A stretch of 64,000 nucleotides of DNA from Arenimonas sp. (GCA_050737775.1 JBOHYH010000171.1:8300-72299), one strand, 5' to 3'; shown: positions 24,701 to 33,301, numbered from the stretch's first letter. Translations and numbers: made by a program. The notes: generated by a model from the sequence alone, not told the origin.

Positions 24701-26626
24701 CAAAATGAAGGAGAACGCGGGAGCCAGCATTAGACCCAATGTTTTACTACCCTCAGCAGTTGCGTTTTGTTGGATGTGATTGTCCGAATCGAAATATACG
24801 CGGCTCGCAGCATAGTCAAAAAGTATATGGTGGCGAAATTGCACCCACCTATCAGCGTCCACGGAAATTAGAACCCCTTCTCGGTGCAATACTTCTAAAG
24901 TTTCCGGATCGCTATCAATCGCTGATGCACGCGATACTCGTAGTGAGTGTGAATTCACCATGGATTGGACTAGGCGGTGTAAGCATTTTTCAGCTGCAAA
25001 ACCGTGTCTCTCGATGCGCAGTTCCCAATAAAGGCTGAGCAGCTGCGTCTGAGTGGAAACATGAAGAACATTCGCAGTCGACACGCCGCTCGAAACTATT
25101 TCACCTAGCAAACGCGTGTTAAACGGCACCCTTGCCAAATCGTGAAGTCGACCTGGATTTCCTGTCAACAGTGCATTCAGTGGACTGTTGTTTGCAAGCA
25201 ACCTCTCTAGCTCTGTTTCTGACCAAGGCGGAATGCAAATGTGACGGATATTTGAAAGAGCTGGTTCAGCAAATTTTGACGATAAAGGCTGACCTTTAAA
25301 AAGCGATCGCAGCTGCTGCCCCATTCGCAAATCGAACGTACGGATGGACGCTACTACCTTCCAGCGCCCATTCTTTCGCATGACGCTCTCGATTAGTGCG
25401 CGATATACTGCTTCGCCTTTTCCACCTCGGGTGGCATCTAAGGCATCAATAATTAACCATGCCGGCTGAGATCCATCCCATGCATCAATGACATCTAGTA
25501 AAGGGTGGGCAAGATCTAGTTCCCTTGTAAGACCTTCCAGTGATTCAATCGAGTAGCTATCTACTGCAAGTTCAAGCACATCGAAACCTTGATATTTAAG
25601 GCTTGATGCCAAAGCGTTTAATACGCCGCTCTTTCCGGCACCGGGCTCGCCAACAATCAAGAAGGAACCATTTTGAGCAGCTGCCTCAACAATATCTTGG
25701 CACTCTCTCCTGATTGCGATTTGTTCAGTTGGACCAACGCTTATGATTTCGTACTGGTGTAGAGCTTTACCTACCCGCGTTGAGTGATCCCTCAGCTTTG
25801 CAATGTCAGCTCTGTAAGGCGGAGAGTATTCCAGTTTTGCACCTGATTTTATGATGGCTTCGCGAAGATCAGATGAACTTGCTCCTCCTCGGCGAGCCAT
25901 AAATTCCCCACAAATATGGCCCAACATCAACCTCGCCGCGCTTGCGCTTTCGGCATTTGGTAACACAGATTGCAATGTGTTTTGTAAAAGTGAATCGTCA
26001 GGATCGAACGTATATATAACAACCAAATGAGAAAGCTCAGCCAGGACCTGTTCTATGAATGGTTCGCTAGTTAGTGTTGGCCAAACTTCACGCACGCAAT
26101 ATTCGAAATCATTCAGGGCTTTGCGCTGCACATCGGACATTAGCGATTCGCCAGGCTCCCGTCGCTTTCTCAGTGCAGCTGGAAGGTCAACACGAATTTT
26201 AGCGGATGCTTGTGGACCAACGGCGAGTACCAAGCGATCTGTCGTCAGATCCAACGGTCTATTCCAATCGAGTTTCCCGTCGCCATCACGACACACCAGC
26301 CAATGGCGGACAAACTGTTCGACCGTCTTCCCAAACTGACTCTGTAAGTTGCGTGACAACGAGAGCGATGTCTTTGCCTGCACTGCAACAAAGCCACTGT
26401 CTGACGTTCCGATTAAAATGTCGTCAACCGGGGCTTCTGTTTCAAAGCGAAACCATAGAGGTTGAGCCGTGCCCAAATTTAGACGCTGATCAAGGGAGTT
26501 GCCTGCGAGCATCCATCCACCAATTAGAGCTCCTAGCTTTTGTTGAAAGAGGATTCCGGCTGCTGTCGCTGAACCGCCGCTATTTGCAAGCAATCCATCG
26601 TTGTCGTTTGTCGATGAGGTTGTCAA
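21761..26626 (-). CDS. Nuclease-STAND NTPase-helical repeat protein (AVAST/Avs-like)
   Basis: N-terminal GILFQQ...ETEAPVDDI...VQAK (Cap4/Mrr-like nuclease); Walker A GEPGAGKS; Walker B WLIIDALD; about 1000 aa of helical repeats. Confidence 0.8.
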   Translation of the reverse strand: MTTSSTNDNDGLLANSGGSATAAGILFQQKLGALIGGWMLAGNSLDQRLNLGTAQPLWFRFETEAPVDDILIGTSDSGFVAVQAKTSLSLSRNLQSQFGKTVEQFVRHWLVCRDGDGKLDWNRPLDLTTDRLVLAVGPQASAKIRVDLPAALRKRREPGESLMSDVQRKALNDFEYCVREVWPTLTSEPFIEQVLAELSHLVVIYTFDPDDSLLQNTLQSVLPNAESASAARLMLGHICGEFMARRGGASSSDLREAIIKSGAKLEYSPPYRADIAKLRDHSTRVGKALHQYEIISVGPTEQIAIRRECQDIVEAAAQNGSFLIVGEPGAGKSGVLNALASSLKYQGFDVLELAVDSYSIESLEGLTRELDLAHPLLDVIDAWDGSQPAWLIIDALDATRGGKGEAVYRALIESVMRKNGRWKVVASIRTFDLRMGQQLRSLFKGQPLSSKFAEPALSNIRHICIPPWSETELERLLANNSPLNALLTGNPGRLHDLARVPFNTRLLGEIVSSGVSTANVLHVSTQTQLLSLYWELRIERHGFAAEKCLHRLVQSMVNSHSLRVSRASAIDSDPETLEVLHREGVLISVDADRWVQFRHHILFDYAASRVYFDSDNHIQQNATAEGSKTLGLMLAPAFSFILKELWASETNHFRFWKRVVEILGDQAGDPVIRSATSRISVELPEQRIDTESLAEIILAGGEAERIAFSQVIGALAVRIEDEGDFPLSPWSHLAALVTPGVVLNAWTIRSLGFLLIDRAKETVQHSEMGETARALLQHAFTVQNPVMLSTAAIEFVISTYETDPDQSRMLLGRVFDHNRFKTWGFEEAPAIARKIAALSEVDPEFAAIVYREIYTKKITEDRETLLGASQILPLRSNARQDYEMARYSLSEHFPKFLESDPLVATKAFLWSVNAYVDRAHHLESTHELHQVDVNGRVAKMQEDLSYIWAHNPDDDHGQDAEVLITKFVSHLKAVPESHAIILADYLISNATLAVYWSRLFMVGAKRNDELTDFLWPYAASEAFLVSPDTRKDAIDLLVCGIVRRSESERQQFEKAVFEFDLSRFVHAEDAKRYLLIRLFSAIGKGYLLTKGAQQFLETQVDEEVENERLHVVKTSAHATPPYFWIDGLDHEAPENAIIIEKIESLTKKLNLRKADESQVSFTLDEALRVLRNLVSRLDATKNVHEKLRGYAEGILGEGIQKILEAKLLSAETSETAVTELVHFIQIASNSQNPYVDSMTDVSFEESPSWGSPAARVEAATAALELLFQRPDLYAALAPLIDKSLADRHPAVRMQACHRLVRLWHIDRFGMWTRIERRLATETSIAVLVLLISAVISKYLHTERARIELLLLNLLDRFENNEDATRRLSANVASLLSILWVTHELPKAHARINAWISNAENNFDPVRSVLTTLRGALVFGLKQGDPGDLPIRQRAQKIYLDCIQSANKQLAEFYDTTNPTAENVSQAKQCVEVIDIACRELYFAAGISRQQDDENAKLQRDDLQQYFNEVHELIDAITEYGSPHTIYYLLQLLEQLIKCNPGKTFDLAAGALLKGGKRGGYQYESMGADLIVKIFGVFLADHKDIFEESKRRELLVASLEILMNAGWSSARRLLYRIPDLLQ

Positions 26627-26725
26627 AAGGCGTCACACCCTATTGGCTGATATTTGGAAATACGGGTTATCGTAAGCGTATCACCATCCTGTTCAGCTTT
26701 GAGAGTAGAAATTGTGTTCGATGCC

Positions 26726-27766
26726 TCATACCTCAGCCTTGCTTTGGTTGGCGTGCCAATTCTTCCATTGGCTTCTCTCCTTAAGTACTTGATCAGCATT
26801 TACTATGCGGGGTCGCAGCATCGGAACTTCAATTGACGGAGCCGCTGAGAAAATCATCCGATGAGCATGCTCGGCAATGATTTGGCGAAATTTGTACGCG
26901 AGCTGCCATGACACCACGGCACTTCGGTGAGCGGGTCGATTACCTACCTTCGTATACAAGAGACATCTCGGCCCCAAAGGAAGCATTATTTCAGTTCCAG
27001 GATTTGCCCAGCCTCCGTTGAAGTCGTAGTCGCCATCGCGATAATAATTGAGGCGAATAACCGGATCGTCGCTTGTGAACCAAGTAGTGTCATCGGGCGG
27101 CGTCAGCAGCATCCACCTATTCAAATTGAGCGTTTCAAGAGTCTTGGTAAGTAGATGTTTAATGGAAAACAGCCACATAACTCTTCCAATTGTTGTTTCT
27201 ACCTTGACCACTCCTTCGTCATTGTCTGCGTTTTTCGTAATGCTAACGCGCATAGGGACATGATCCTTCCAACATGGCTCCGCCATTGGACGTGATCTTT
27301 CCGCGTTACTTGCTGACTCTAGATTACGCAATGAATTTCTCAGCGTGGCATCCACGAGTGCGGGAACTGTTTCATTCCACCTCTTAAGATTTTCCATGAG
27401 ACGCGCTGGTGTCCGCACATCTTGCGAAGCAACAAATCGAATTAGATGTCTCCAATCTGTCTTGCTTAACCGCGCACCGGTATTTGCATTGTGAATCGCC
27501 TCGGTCGCTGGCGACTCGAACTCTTGATCAAGCCATCTTTCGATTTGGTCTGTTTCTTCTCCCGCGACAACATGTGTATAGAGATGTTCGTGATATGCGA
27601 TGCCTTGCAGGGAGGATTGTTTCCAGACAGGGACACGGGAATCTGACACTAACGTGCGGTAAGTTGATATATGCCCGTTCGTAGCCCATTGCTTCAAATA
27701 CATACATGGAACGTAGTGATTTCTTCGATGAAGTTCCGACTGTCTCTCTGGAGTCTGTACTTCCAT
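26726..27766 (-). CDS. DUF4238 domain protein
   Basis: RRNHYVPCMYLKQW N-terminus and WFTSDDPV motif; RBS gagga before ATG 27766. Confidence 0.85.
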   Translation of the reverse strand: MEVQTPERQSELHRRNHYVPCMYLKQWATNGHISTYRTLVSDSRVPVWKQSSLQGIAYHEHLYTHVVAGEETDQIERWLDQEFESPATEAIHNANTGARLSKTDWRHLIRFVASQDVRTPARLMENLKRWNETVPALVDATLRNSLRNLESASNAERSRPMAEPCWKDHVPMRVSITKNADNDEGVVKVETTIGRVMWLFSIKHLLTKTLETLNLNRWMLLTPPDDTTWFTSDDPVIRLNYYRDGDYDFNGGWANPGTEIMLPLGPRCLLYTKVGNRPAHRSAVVSWQLAYKFRQIIAEHAHRMIFSAAPSIEVPMLRPRIVNADQVLKERSQWKNWHANQSKAEV

Positions 27767-27851
27767 GAATTCCTCTGGCAGATATGAAATTAGGTCTCTC
27801 CCAAACTGACAATGACTCATACGACTTATGCTATTACAACAGACAGAGTAT

Positions 27852-28814
27852 TCATTCAATCACTGTTCTATGTGTTGCTTCAGAAATTTCGTTTGTTGTG
27901 ATATTCCTCAAAGGGCCTGGACCGAAACAGTCTGCTATTTGCATGAAGGTACTGTTTTCGTCCATGTCATCGCCATGCAAAGATATCGCTTGCCACACTG
28001 TGCATCGCCTTACACTTGATGCTTCAACGACCGTTCCTACGGATATGTATCGAATCATGATACCGAGAGTGGCGGGCGAGGCCAGCATTTCAATCCATTG
28101 AGGCCTGAAGTATCTTGCGATGTAAGCTGTCAGATGGCTTTCCGCTGTTTCCTCCAGCTCATCTTCGGTTGTTGAATTGATCGGACCTTGAGCAAATCGG
28201 ATGGGTTTTGTTAGATCAATTACTATCACGCCTGGAGGTCCTCCGAATTCATATTGCTGCCCGTCCAATTGTGTTCTCGCTTTTCGCAATCGTTGCTCCA
28301 AACGATTCAATGACGATAGTCTTTTACACTCGGCTGGCCAGCGTTCACGTCCGACAGTGATGTCTCCTCCATTCGGAGAGAAGCCTCCAAATTGATTTTT
28401 ACGGTGCAGTGCAGCAGCAGCTGAGAATTCAAAGGCATAGTCTCTTGCTCTGTCTGATCCTTCAACGCTCATAAACTCGCGGCCGTCGCTAACCTGTCGC
28501 AATTTTCGGAGTACTTCACCATCTTGAAACACGTTTGGATTTAAAGCTGCAATATCGGTGATGTCTACTGCTTCAATAATTGCGTTAAGGAATCCATTGT
28601 CTTGTTGATGTTCCGTCAATTCGCTTTGCTCAGCAATGATGGCGCGATCAAGTATTTCGGAATACCTAGCCAGCCGCGTGCCGTCGATTCTGACGCCCAT
28701 ATCCTGCAGTGCATCTAATGCCGTCAGATATTCTTGATACAACTGAGCAAGCGGCTGTAAATGCAAAGGCATCAGATCTGGCTCTCCGGTAAGCGTTCTA
28801 TCTATATATTCCAT
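27852..28814 (-). CDS. Hypothetical protein with PD-(D/E)xK nuclease-like motif
   Basis: DYAFEFSAAA...GGDITV...WPAECKRL. Confidence 0.6.
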   Translation of the reverse strand: MEYIDRTLTGEPDLMPLHLQPLAQLYQEYLTALDALQDMGVRIDGTRLARYSEILDRAIIAEQSELTEHQQDNGFLNAIIEAVDITDIAALNPNVFQDGEVLRKLRQVSDGREFMSVEGSDRARDYAFEFSAAAALHRKNQFGGFSPNGGDITVGRERWPAECKRLSSLNRLEQRLRKARTQLDGQQYEFGGPPGVIVIDLTKPIRFAQGPINSTTEDELEETAESHLTAYIARYFRPQWIEMLASPATLGIMIRYISVGTVVEASSVRRCTVWQAISLHGDDMDENSTFMQIADCFGPGPLRNITTNEISEATHRTVIE

Positions 28815-29080
28815 TAGGCCGCGTGTAATGCAATAAGCTCATTACGCAATGCTTGAAAAAATCGTTCTTGCCGAGAATGCCTCAGTTGAGGATGTCGACG
28901 GGAATACAATAATGCGCGCTCAATGGGCTTGTCGGTGACAGAGTTCAAAGGCACATTTTGAGGGGCTCATAAAATGCTGCAATTTTATGAAGCGCGCAGT
29001 AATTTCTGATTTGCCAAAAGTGCCTGCATGCTCGAAAGACAAGAAAATCAATAGCTTAAAGACTAAAGATTTTCACAACC

Positions 29081-29148
29081 ATGTTTTGTCCGAAGCATTA
29101 ACAATCAAAACATGTCCGAACGGACAGAAATTGCTTGGTTGTCCAAAG
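29081..29148. repeat. Periodic tgtccRaa repeats, candidate TnsB-binding sites / transposon end
   Basis: tgtccgaag at 29087, tgtccgaac at 29113, tgtccaaag at 29140 (26-27 bp period); palindrome tgtccg-aa-cggaca at 29113-29126. Confidence 0.45.
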
Positions 29149-29171
29149 CCAAAGGGCCTGTTCGCAAAAAG

Positions 29172-29248
29172 TGGCGCGCCCGACAGGAGTCGAACCTGTG
29201 ACCCTTGCCTTCGGAGGGCAATACTCTATCCAGCTGAGCTACGGGCGC
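29172..29248 (-). tRNA. tRNA-Arg(CCG)
   Basis: 77-nt cloverleaf GCGCCCGTAGCTCAGCTGGATAGAG-TA-TTGCC-CTCCGAA-GGCAA...GGTTCGACTCC...CCA. Confidence 0.97.
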
Positions 29249-29444
29249 GTGGTGGTACATATCCGCTGAATGGATCACGGCAGCGGCGCATTGTAACCCA
29301 GCCGCCATTCAAGACGATATTTGATGGCGCAGCGCATCGATCAAGCTTACTGAGCATTTCACCACATGGTTCCGGAAAAGCAGGCGGGGACAGGCAATTG
29401 GGAGTTTTGTAATCGAGAACCATTTGCATTTAAAGCTAAAAGCA

Positions 29445-29463
29445 AATAAGATTGATTCTCATT
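29445..29463. promoter_or_regulatory. Fur box-like site
   Basis: aataagattgattctcatt resembles the Fur consensus and lies just upstream of a siderophore receptor. Confidence 0.7.
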
Positions 29464-29490
29464 TAAACCCCCTCTTGTGCAAGGAAAGCC

Positions 29491-31881
29491 ATGTCTCGCC
29501 GTTCTGTTCGTCCTGCCCGCCGTCTTGTTTCAGTTGCCATCAGTCTTGTCCTCAGCGCAGCAGCGACCTCTGCATTCGCCGACACCGACACCAGCTCCGT
29601 AGATACGCCTGATGCTGCCGACAAGGCAAAATCCTTACCTGCCGTTCAAGTGCAGGGCACGAACAAGCCAGAAGCCCGCTCTCCGAAATACACCGCACCC
29701 ATTCTGGATACCCCACAAACCATCACTGTCGTTACGAATAAAACGATCGAAGATCAAAATTTATTGTCATTACGCGACATCCTGAGCACCTTGCCGGGCA
29801 TCACCTTCGGCGCCGGTGAAGGCGGCGGCGGTTATGGCGACAGCATCAACCTGCGTGGCTTCAGTGCCAGCACCGACATCACCGTCGATGGCGTCCGCGA
29901 CAGCGCACAGTACTCGCGCACCGATCCGTTCAATCTGGAGCAACTGGAATTGGTGAACGGTGCCAACTCGGTGTACACCGGCGTCGGCTCGGTCGGCGGC
30001 AGCATCAATCTGGTCAGCAAAGCCGCGCATCTGGGTGACAGCCATCTCGCAACGGCTGCTCTCGGTACCGATAACTATGGCCGTCTGACGCTGGACAGTA
30101 ATACTCAAATTGGCGACAACATGGCGCTCCGCGTCAATGTGATGGCGCATCAGAATGATGCGCCGGGCCGCGACTTCGAAGACTACAAACGCTGGGGCAT
30201 CGCTCCGTCGTTCGCTATCGGTCTGGGCAGCGACACCACTTTCGTTCTCAACCTGCTGCATCAGCATGACGACAATCTTCCGCAGTACGGCGTGCCTTTC
30301 TATAACGGCGGGCCCTTGCCGGGCGTGGATTCCAGCAATTTCTACGGCTACCACAATATCGACAAGCAGGTCATCGACAACGACTCCCTCACTGCAATCC
30401 TGAGTCATCGTTTTAGCGACAATGTTTCAATTCGCAATCTCACCCGCGTTTCGAAAGTGGACCAGGTTTCCATCGTCGATGCTCCGCAAGGCGTGATCTG
30501 CCTGCCGAGCAATGTCACCCCTACCGGCACTTCTTGCACGGTCAGTGGAGTCGTAACACCACCGGGCTTTTTTCGCCCGGGCATTACCAACCCGCGTGGT
30601 TTTGTGCGTGATACCAGCAACACCGCACTGGTCAATCAAACCGACATCAACGTAAAGTTCAGCACCGGTAGCGTTGAACACAATATGGTGATTGGCGCTA
30701 CTTTCGCGCGCGAAACTTTCGAGCTTGATAATTCACGCTTGTTCCGCAATGCCGACGGTTCCGTTACCGGGCTGCTGCTGGTGCCAATGGACCTGTACAA
30801 CCCGGATTCTTTCTATACCGGCCCGATCAATTCGACATTGGTCGCAAAAACCGATGGCGAGCAAGACAATGCGTCGATCTATGTTTTCGATACGCTGAAG
30901 TTCAATGAACAATGGCAGCTCAACGGCGGCCTGCGTTACGAATATAACTCCGGCACTTCGACCCTTTATGCCGTTTCCACGACATTGCCCAACATCGGTG
31001 CCATCACCGGCGCATTGGCACCTGCCGACAACAGCGACAGCCTGTTCTCGTATCGTGCCGGTCTGGTTTACAAGCCGCAGGCCAACGCCAGTGTTTATCT
31101 GGCTTACGGCAATTCGAAAACACCTTCGAAAGCGTCGGTTAATGGCACTTGCACCGCTGAGAGCATCGCGGTTATCACCGCTGGCACGGCCAACTGCAAT
31201 GTTGATCCCGAAAGTGCGGTCAACTATGAACTCGGCACCAAGTGGGACATTCTCGGTGGCAAGCTGAGCCTGACGGCGGCCATCTTCCGCAACGAACGCG
31301 AAAACTATCGCGTAGCCGATCCTGATCCGACCAATGTCAGCGGCGAACAGGCATTGGACGGTCAGGCTCGCGTTGATGGCTTTACCTTCGGCGCTTCCGG
31401 TCTGTTGGCCGACAACTGGTCGCTCTTTGCCAACTACACCTATCTCGACAGTGAAGTCATCCGCAACGTGTCCGATTACTGTCTGGCAAATCCCGGCGTC
31501 GGCCTGTGCACCGGCGGCAATGCTCTGGATCCGGACTTCGTTGCCGGCGATCCATTGCTTGCCACGCCGAAACATTCGGCCAGCCTCTGGACCACCTACG
31601 ACATCAATCGCCAATGGCAAATCGGCTACGGTGCCACCTACCAAGGTGAAATTACCGTTCAACAACATTCGGCCACCAAGCCGACTGGCGAACTGGATAA
31701 CTACGGCGGTTACACCACCCATCGTCTGATGGCGGCGTATCGCGTGAACCGTGACTTCACTTTGCAGCTGAACATCAACAACGTCACCGACCGCGAGTAT
31801 TACACCCGCATCCGTAACAACGGTTGGGCAACGCCGGGCGATGCGCGCTCGATGGTGCTCAATGCCAGCTACCGTTTCTGA
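29491..31881 (+). CDS. TonB-dependent siderophore receptor (Fiu/PiuA-like)
   Basis: Signal peptide, plug DTPQTITVV...LRGF...DGVRD, C-terminal NVTDREY...ASYRF. Confidence 0.93.
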   Translation: MSRRSVRPARRLVSVAISLVLSAAATSAFADTDTSSVDTPDAADKAKSLPAVQVQGTNKPEARSPKYTAPILDTPQTITVVTNKTIEDQNLLSLRDILSTLPGITFGAGEGGGGYGDSINLRGFSASTDITVDGVRDSAQYSRTDPFNLEQLELVNGANSVYTGVGSVGGSINLVSKAAHLGDSHLATAALGTDNYGRLTLDSNTQIGDNMALRVNVMAHQNDAPGRDFEDYKRWGIAPSFAIGLGSDTTFVLNLLHQHDDNLPQYGVPFYNGGPLPGVDSSNFYGYHNIDKQVIDNDSLTAILSHRFSDNVSIRNLTRVSKVDQVSIVDAPQGVICLPSNVTPTGTSCTVSGVVTPPGFFRPGITNPRGFVRDTSNTALVNQTDINVKFSTGSVEHNMVIGATFARETFELDNSRLFRNADGSVTGLLLVPMDLYNPDSFYTGPINSTLVAKTDGEQDNASIYVFDTLKFNEQWQLNGGLRYEYNSGTSTLYAVSTTLPNIGAITGALAPADNSDSLFSYRAGLVYKPQANASVYLAYGNSKTPSKASVNGTCTAESIAVITAGTANCNVDPESAVNYELGTKWDILGGKLSLTAAIFRNERENYRVADPDPTNVSGEQALDGQARVDGFTFGASGLLADNWSLFANYTYLDSEVIRNVSDYCLANPGVGLCTGGNALDPDFVAGDPLLATPKHSASLWTTYDINRQWQIGYGATYQGEITVQQHSATKPTGELDNYGGYTTHRLMAAYRVNRDFTLQLNINNVTDREYYTRIRNNGWATPGDARSMVLNASYRF

Positions 31882-31910
31882 TCGACCGCTTGCTTGATAA
31901 TGTGCAAATC

Positions 31911-31937
31911 AATCCTCGGCCATAATGGCCGAGGATT
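31911..31937 (+). other. Intergenic 11-bp perfect hairpin
   Basis: aatcctcggcc-ataat-ggccgaggatt. Confidence 0.55.
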
Positions 31938-31960
31938 CTTGCATTAAAGAGAGAACACCT

Positions 31961-32647
31961 ATGTTGCTACATGTCCCCAATGTGCTGACGCCCGAGCAAG
32001 TCGCTCACTTCCGCACTCGCCTTGCCTCTGCCTCTTGGGCCGATGGGCGGATTACGGCCGGGCATCAATCGGGAAAGGCCAAAGACAATGAGCAATTGCC
32101 GGAAAGTGATCCTGTTGCCATCGAGCTTGGTGCATTGGTTCGCACTGCATTAAAAAGCAACGACAATTATTTTTCTGCCGCGTTGCCACGTGTGGTATTT
32201 CCGCCGCTGTTCAATCGTTATCGCGGCGGCCAGGCTTTCGGCTTCCATGTCGATAACGCCATTCGTTACGACCGCACCGGACAACTGGTACAGCCGGTAC
32301 GCACCGATTTGTCGGCAACCCTTTTTTTAACTGCGCCGGAAGATTACGACGGTGGCGAGCTGGTCATCGAAGACACTTACGGCACGCATCAGGTAAAACT
32401 GCCGGCCGGTGACATGGTGTTATATCCGGGCACCAGTTTGCATCGTGTTATTCCGGTGACTCGCGGTGAAAGGTTGGCATCCTTTTTCTGGATACAAAGC
32501 CTGGTGCGCGATGATGGTGATCGCCGCCTGTTGTTTGAACTCGATATTTCGATTCGCCGATTGACGCAAAGCAATCCGGATCATCCGGCATTGATTCAAC
32601 TGACCGGCGTTTATCACAATCTTTTGCGTCGCTGGGCCGAGGTTTGA
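31961..32647 (+). CDS. piuC: PKHD-type Fe(II)/2-oxoglutarate hydroxylase
   Basis: PPLFNRY...FGFHVDNA...[10 protein letters not shown]...YDGGEL...SLHRV. Confidence 0.92.
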   Translation: MLLHVPNVLTPEQVAHFRTRLASASWADGRITAGHQSGKAKDNEQLPESDPVAIELGALVRTALKSNDNYFSAALPRVVFPPLFNRYRGGQAFGFHVDNAIRYDRTGQLVQPVRTDLSATLFLTAPEDYDGGELVIEDTYGTHQVKLPAGDMVLYPGTSLHRVIPVTRGERLASFFWIQSLVRDDGDRRLLFELDISIRRLTQSNPDHPALIQLTGVYHNLLRRWAEV

Positions 32648-33291
32648 TTGTGACTACCGATGATCGCATTGCGAAGCCGCTGGATCAAAAACGTCGTGCC
32701 TATTGGCTGAAGACCTTGCATCAATGGCATTGGATCAGCTCGGCGGTTTGTCTGGTCGCGATGCTGGGTTTTGCCATTACCGGTATTACTTTGAACAATG
32801 CTGCTTCGATTTCTGCCGAACCAGTAGTCACAACGAAAAAAACCACGCTTCCGAAAACATTATTGCCTTCACTGGAAAAACCTTCGTCTGATAAAGCACC
32901 CTTGCCTGAAAATGTCGCCGACTGGGTTAATGAAAACACCTCGATAAAAGTCGATGCCGTTGCCGGCGAATGGTCGGAAGACGAAGTCTATTTGACTATG
33001 CCGCGCGCCGGTGGCGATGCGTGGTTAAGTCTTGATCGCAGCACTGGCGCAATCGAGTATGAAGTCACCGATCGCGGTTGGGTTTCCTATTTCAACGACT
33101 TGCACAAAGGCCGCAACACCGGCAATGCGTGGTCGTGGTTCATCGATGCTTTCGCCGTTGCCTGCATCATTTTTTCCGGCACTGGTTTGTTTCTTCTGCA
33201 ATTGCATTCGCGCCATCGCCCCGGCACCTGGCCAGTGGTGGCACTCGGATTGCTGCTACCGGTTGTTCTAGTCATTCTTTTTGTCCATTGA
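32644..33291 (+). CDS. PepSY-associated TM helix protein
   Basis: [10 protein letters not shown]...AITGITLN...[10 protein letters not shown]. Confidence 0.88.
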   Translation: MIVTTDDRIAKPLDQKRRAYWLKTLHQWHWISSAVCLVAMLGFAITGITLNNAASISAEPVVTTKKTTLPKTLLPSLEKPSSDKAPLPENVADWVNENTSIKVDAVAGEWSEDEVYLTMPRAGGDAWLSLDRSTGAIEYEVTDRGWVSYFNDLHKGRNTGNAWSWFIDAFAVACIIFSGTGLFLLQLHSRHRPGTWPVVALGLLLPVVLVILFVH

Positions 33292-33301
33292 TGAGGTTGT
33301 C

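Larger units (their letters stand above)
14775..29150 (+). mobile_element. Tn7-like transposon (HTH-tnsAB-tnsC-tniQ plus defence cargo); ends not confirmed
   Basis: Complete core machinery at 15248-20191; cargo at 20331-28814; repeats at 29081-29148 next to the tRNA. Confidence 0.7.
1..29171. mobile_element. Genomic island / accessory region adjacent to the tRNA-Arg(CCG) 3' end; left boundary outside the window
   Basis: Visibly AT-richer than the region right of the tRNA; contains transposition, toxin and defence-type genes; ends at the tRNA CCA. It may be several nested elements. Confidence 0.75.

Noticed and set aside
14208-29171. CRISPR-associated transposon (CAST) interpretation of the TniQ element
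   Set aside because: No cas genes and no repeat-spacer array were seen, including in the intergenic stretches 14208-14775, 20191-20331 and 28814-29171
1-29171. Prophage or ICE integrated at tRNA-Arg through a tyrosine integrase
   Set aside because: No integrase ORF, no phage structural or conjugation genes, and no duplicate of the tRNA 3' end inside the window (one could lie beyond the left edge)
28987-29429. ORFs 28987..29412, 29105..29308 and 29226..29429
   Set aside because: They overlap the tRNA gene and have no protein-like features; spurious
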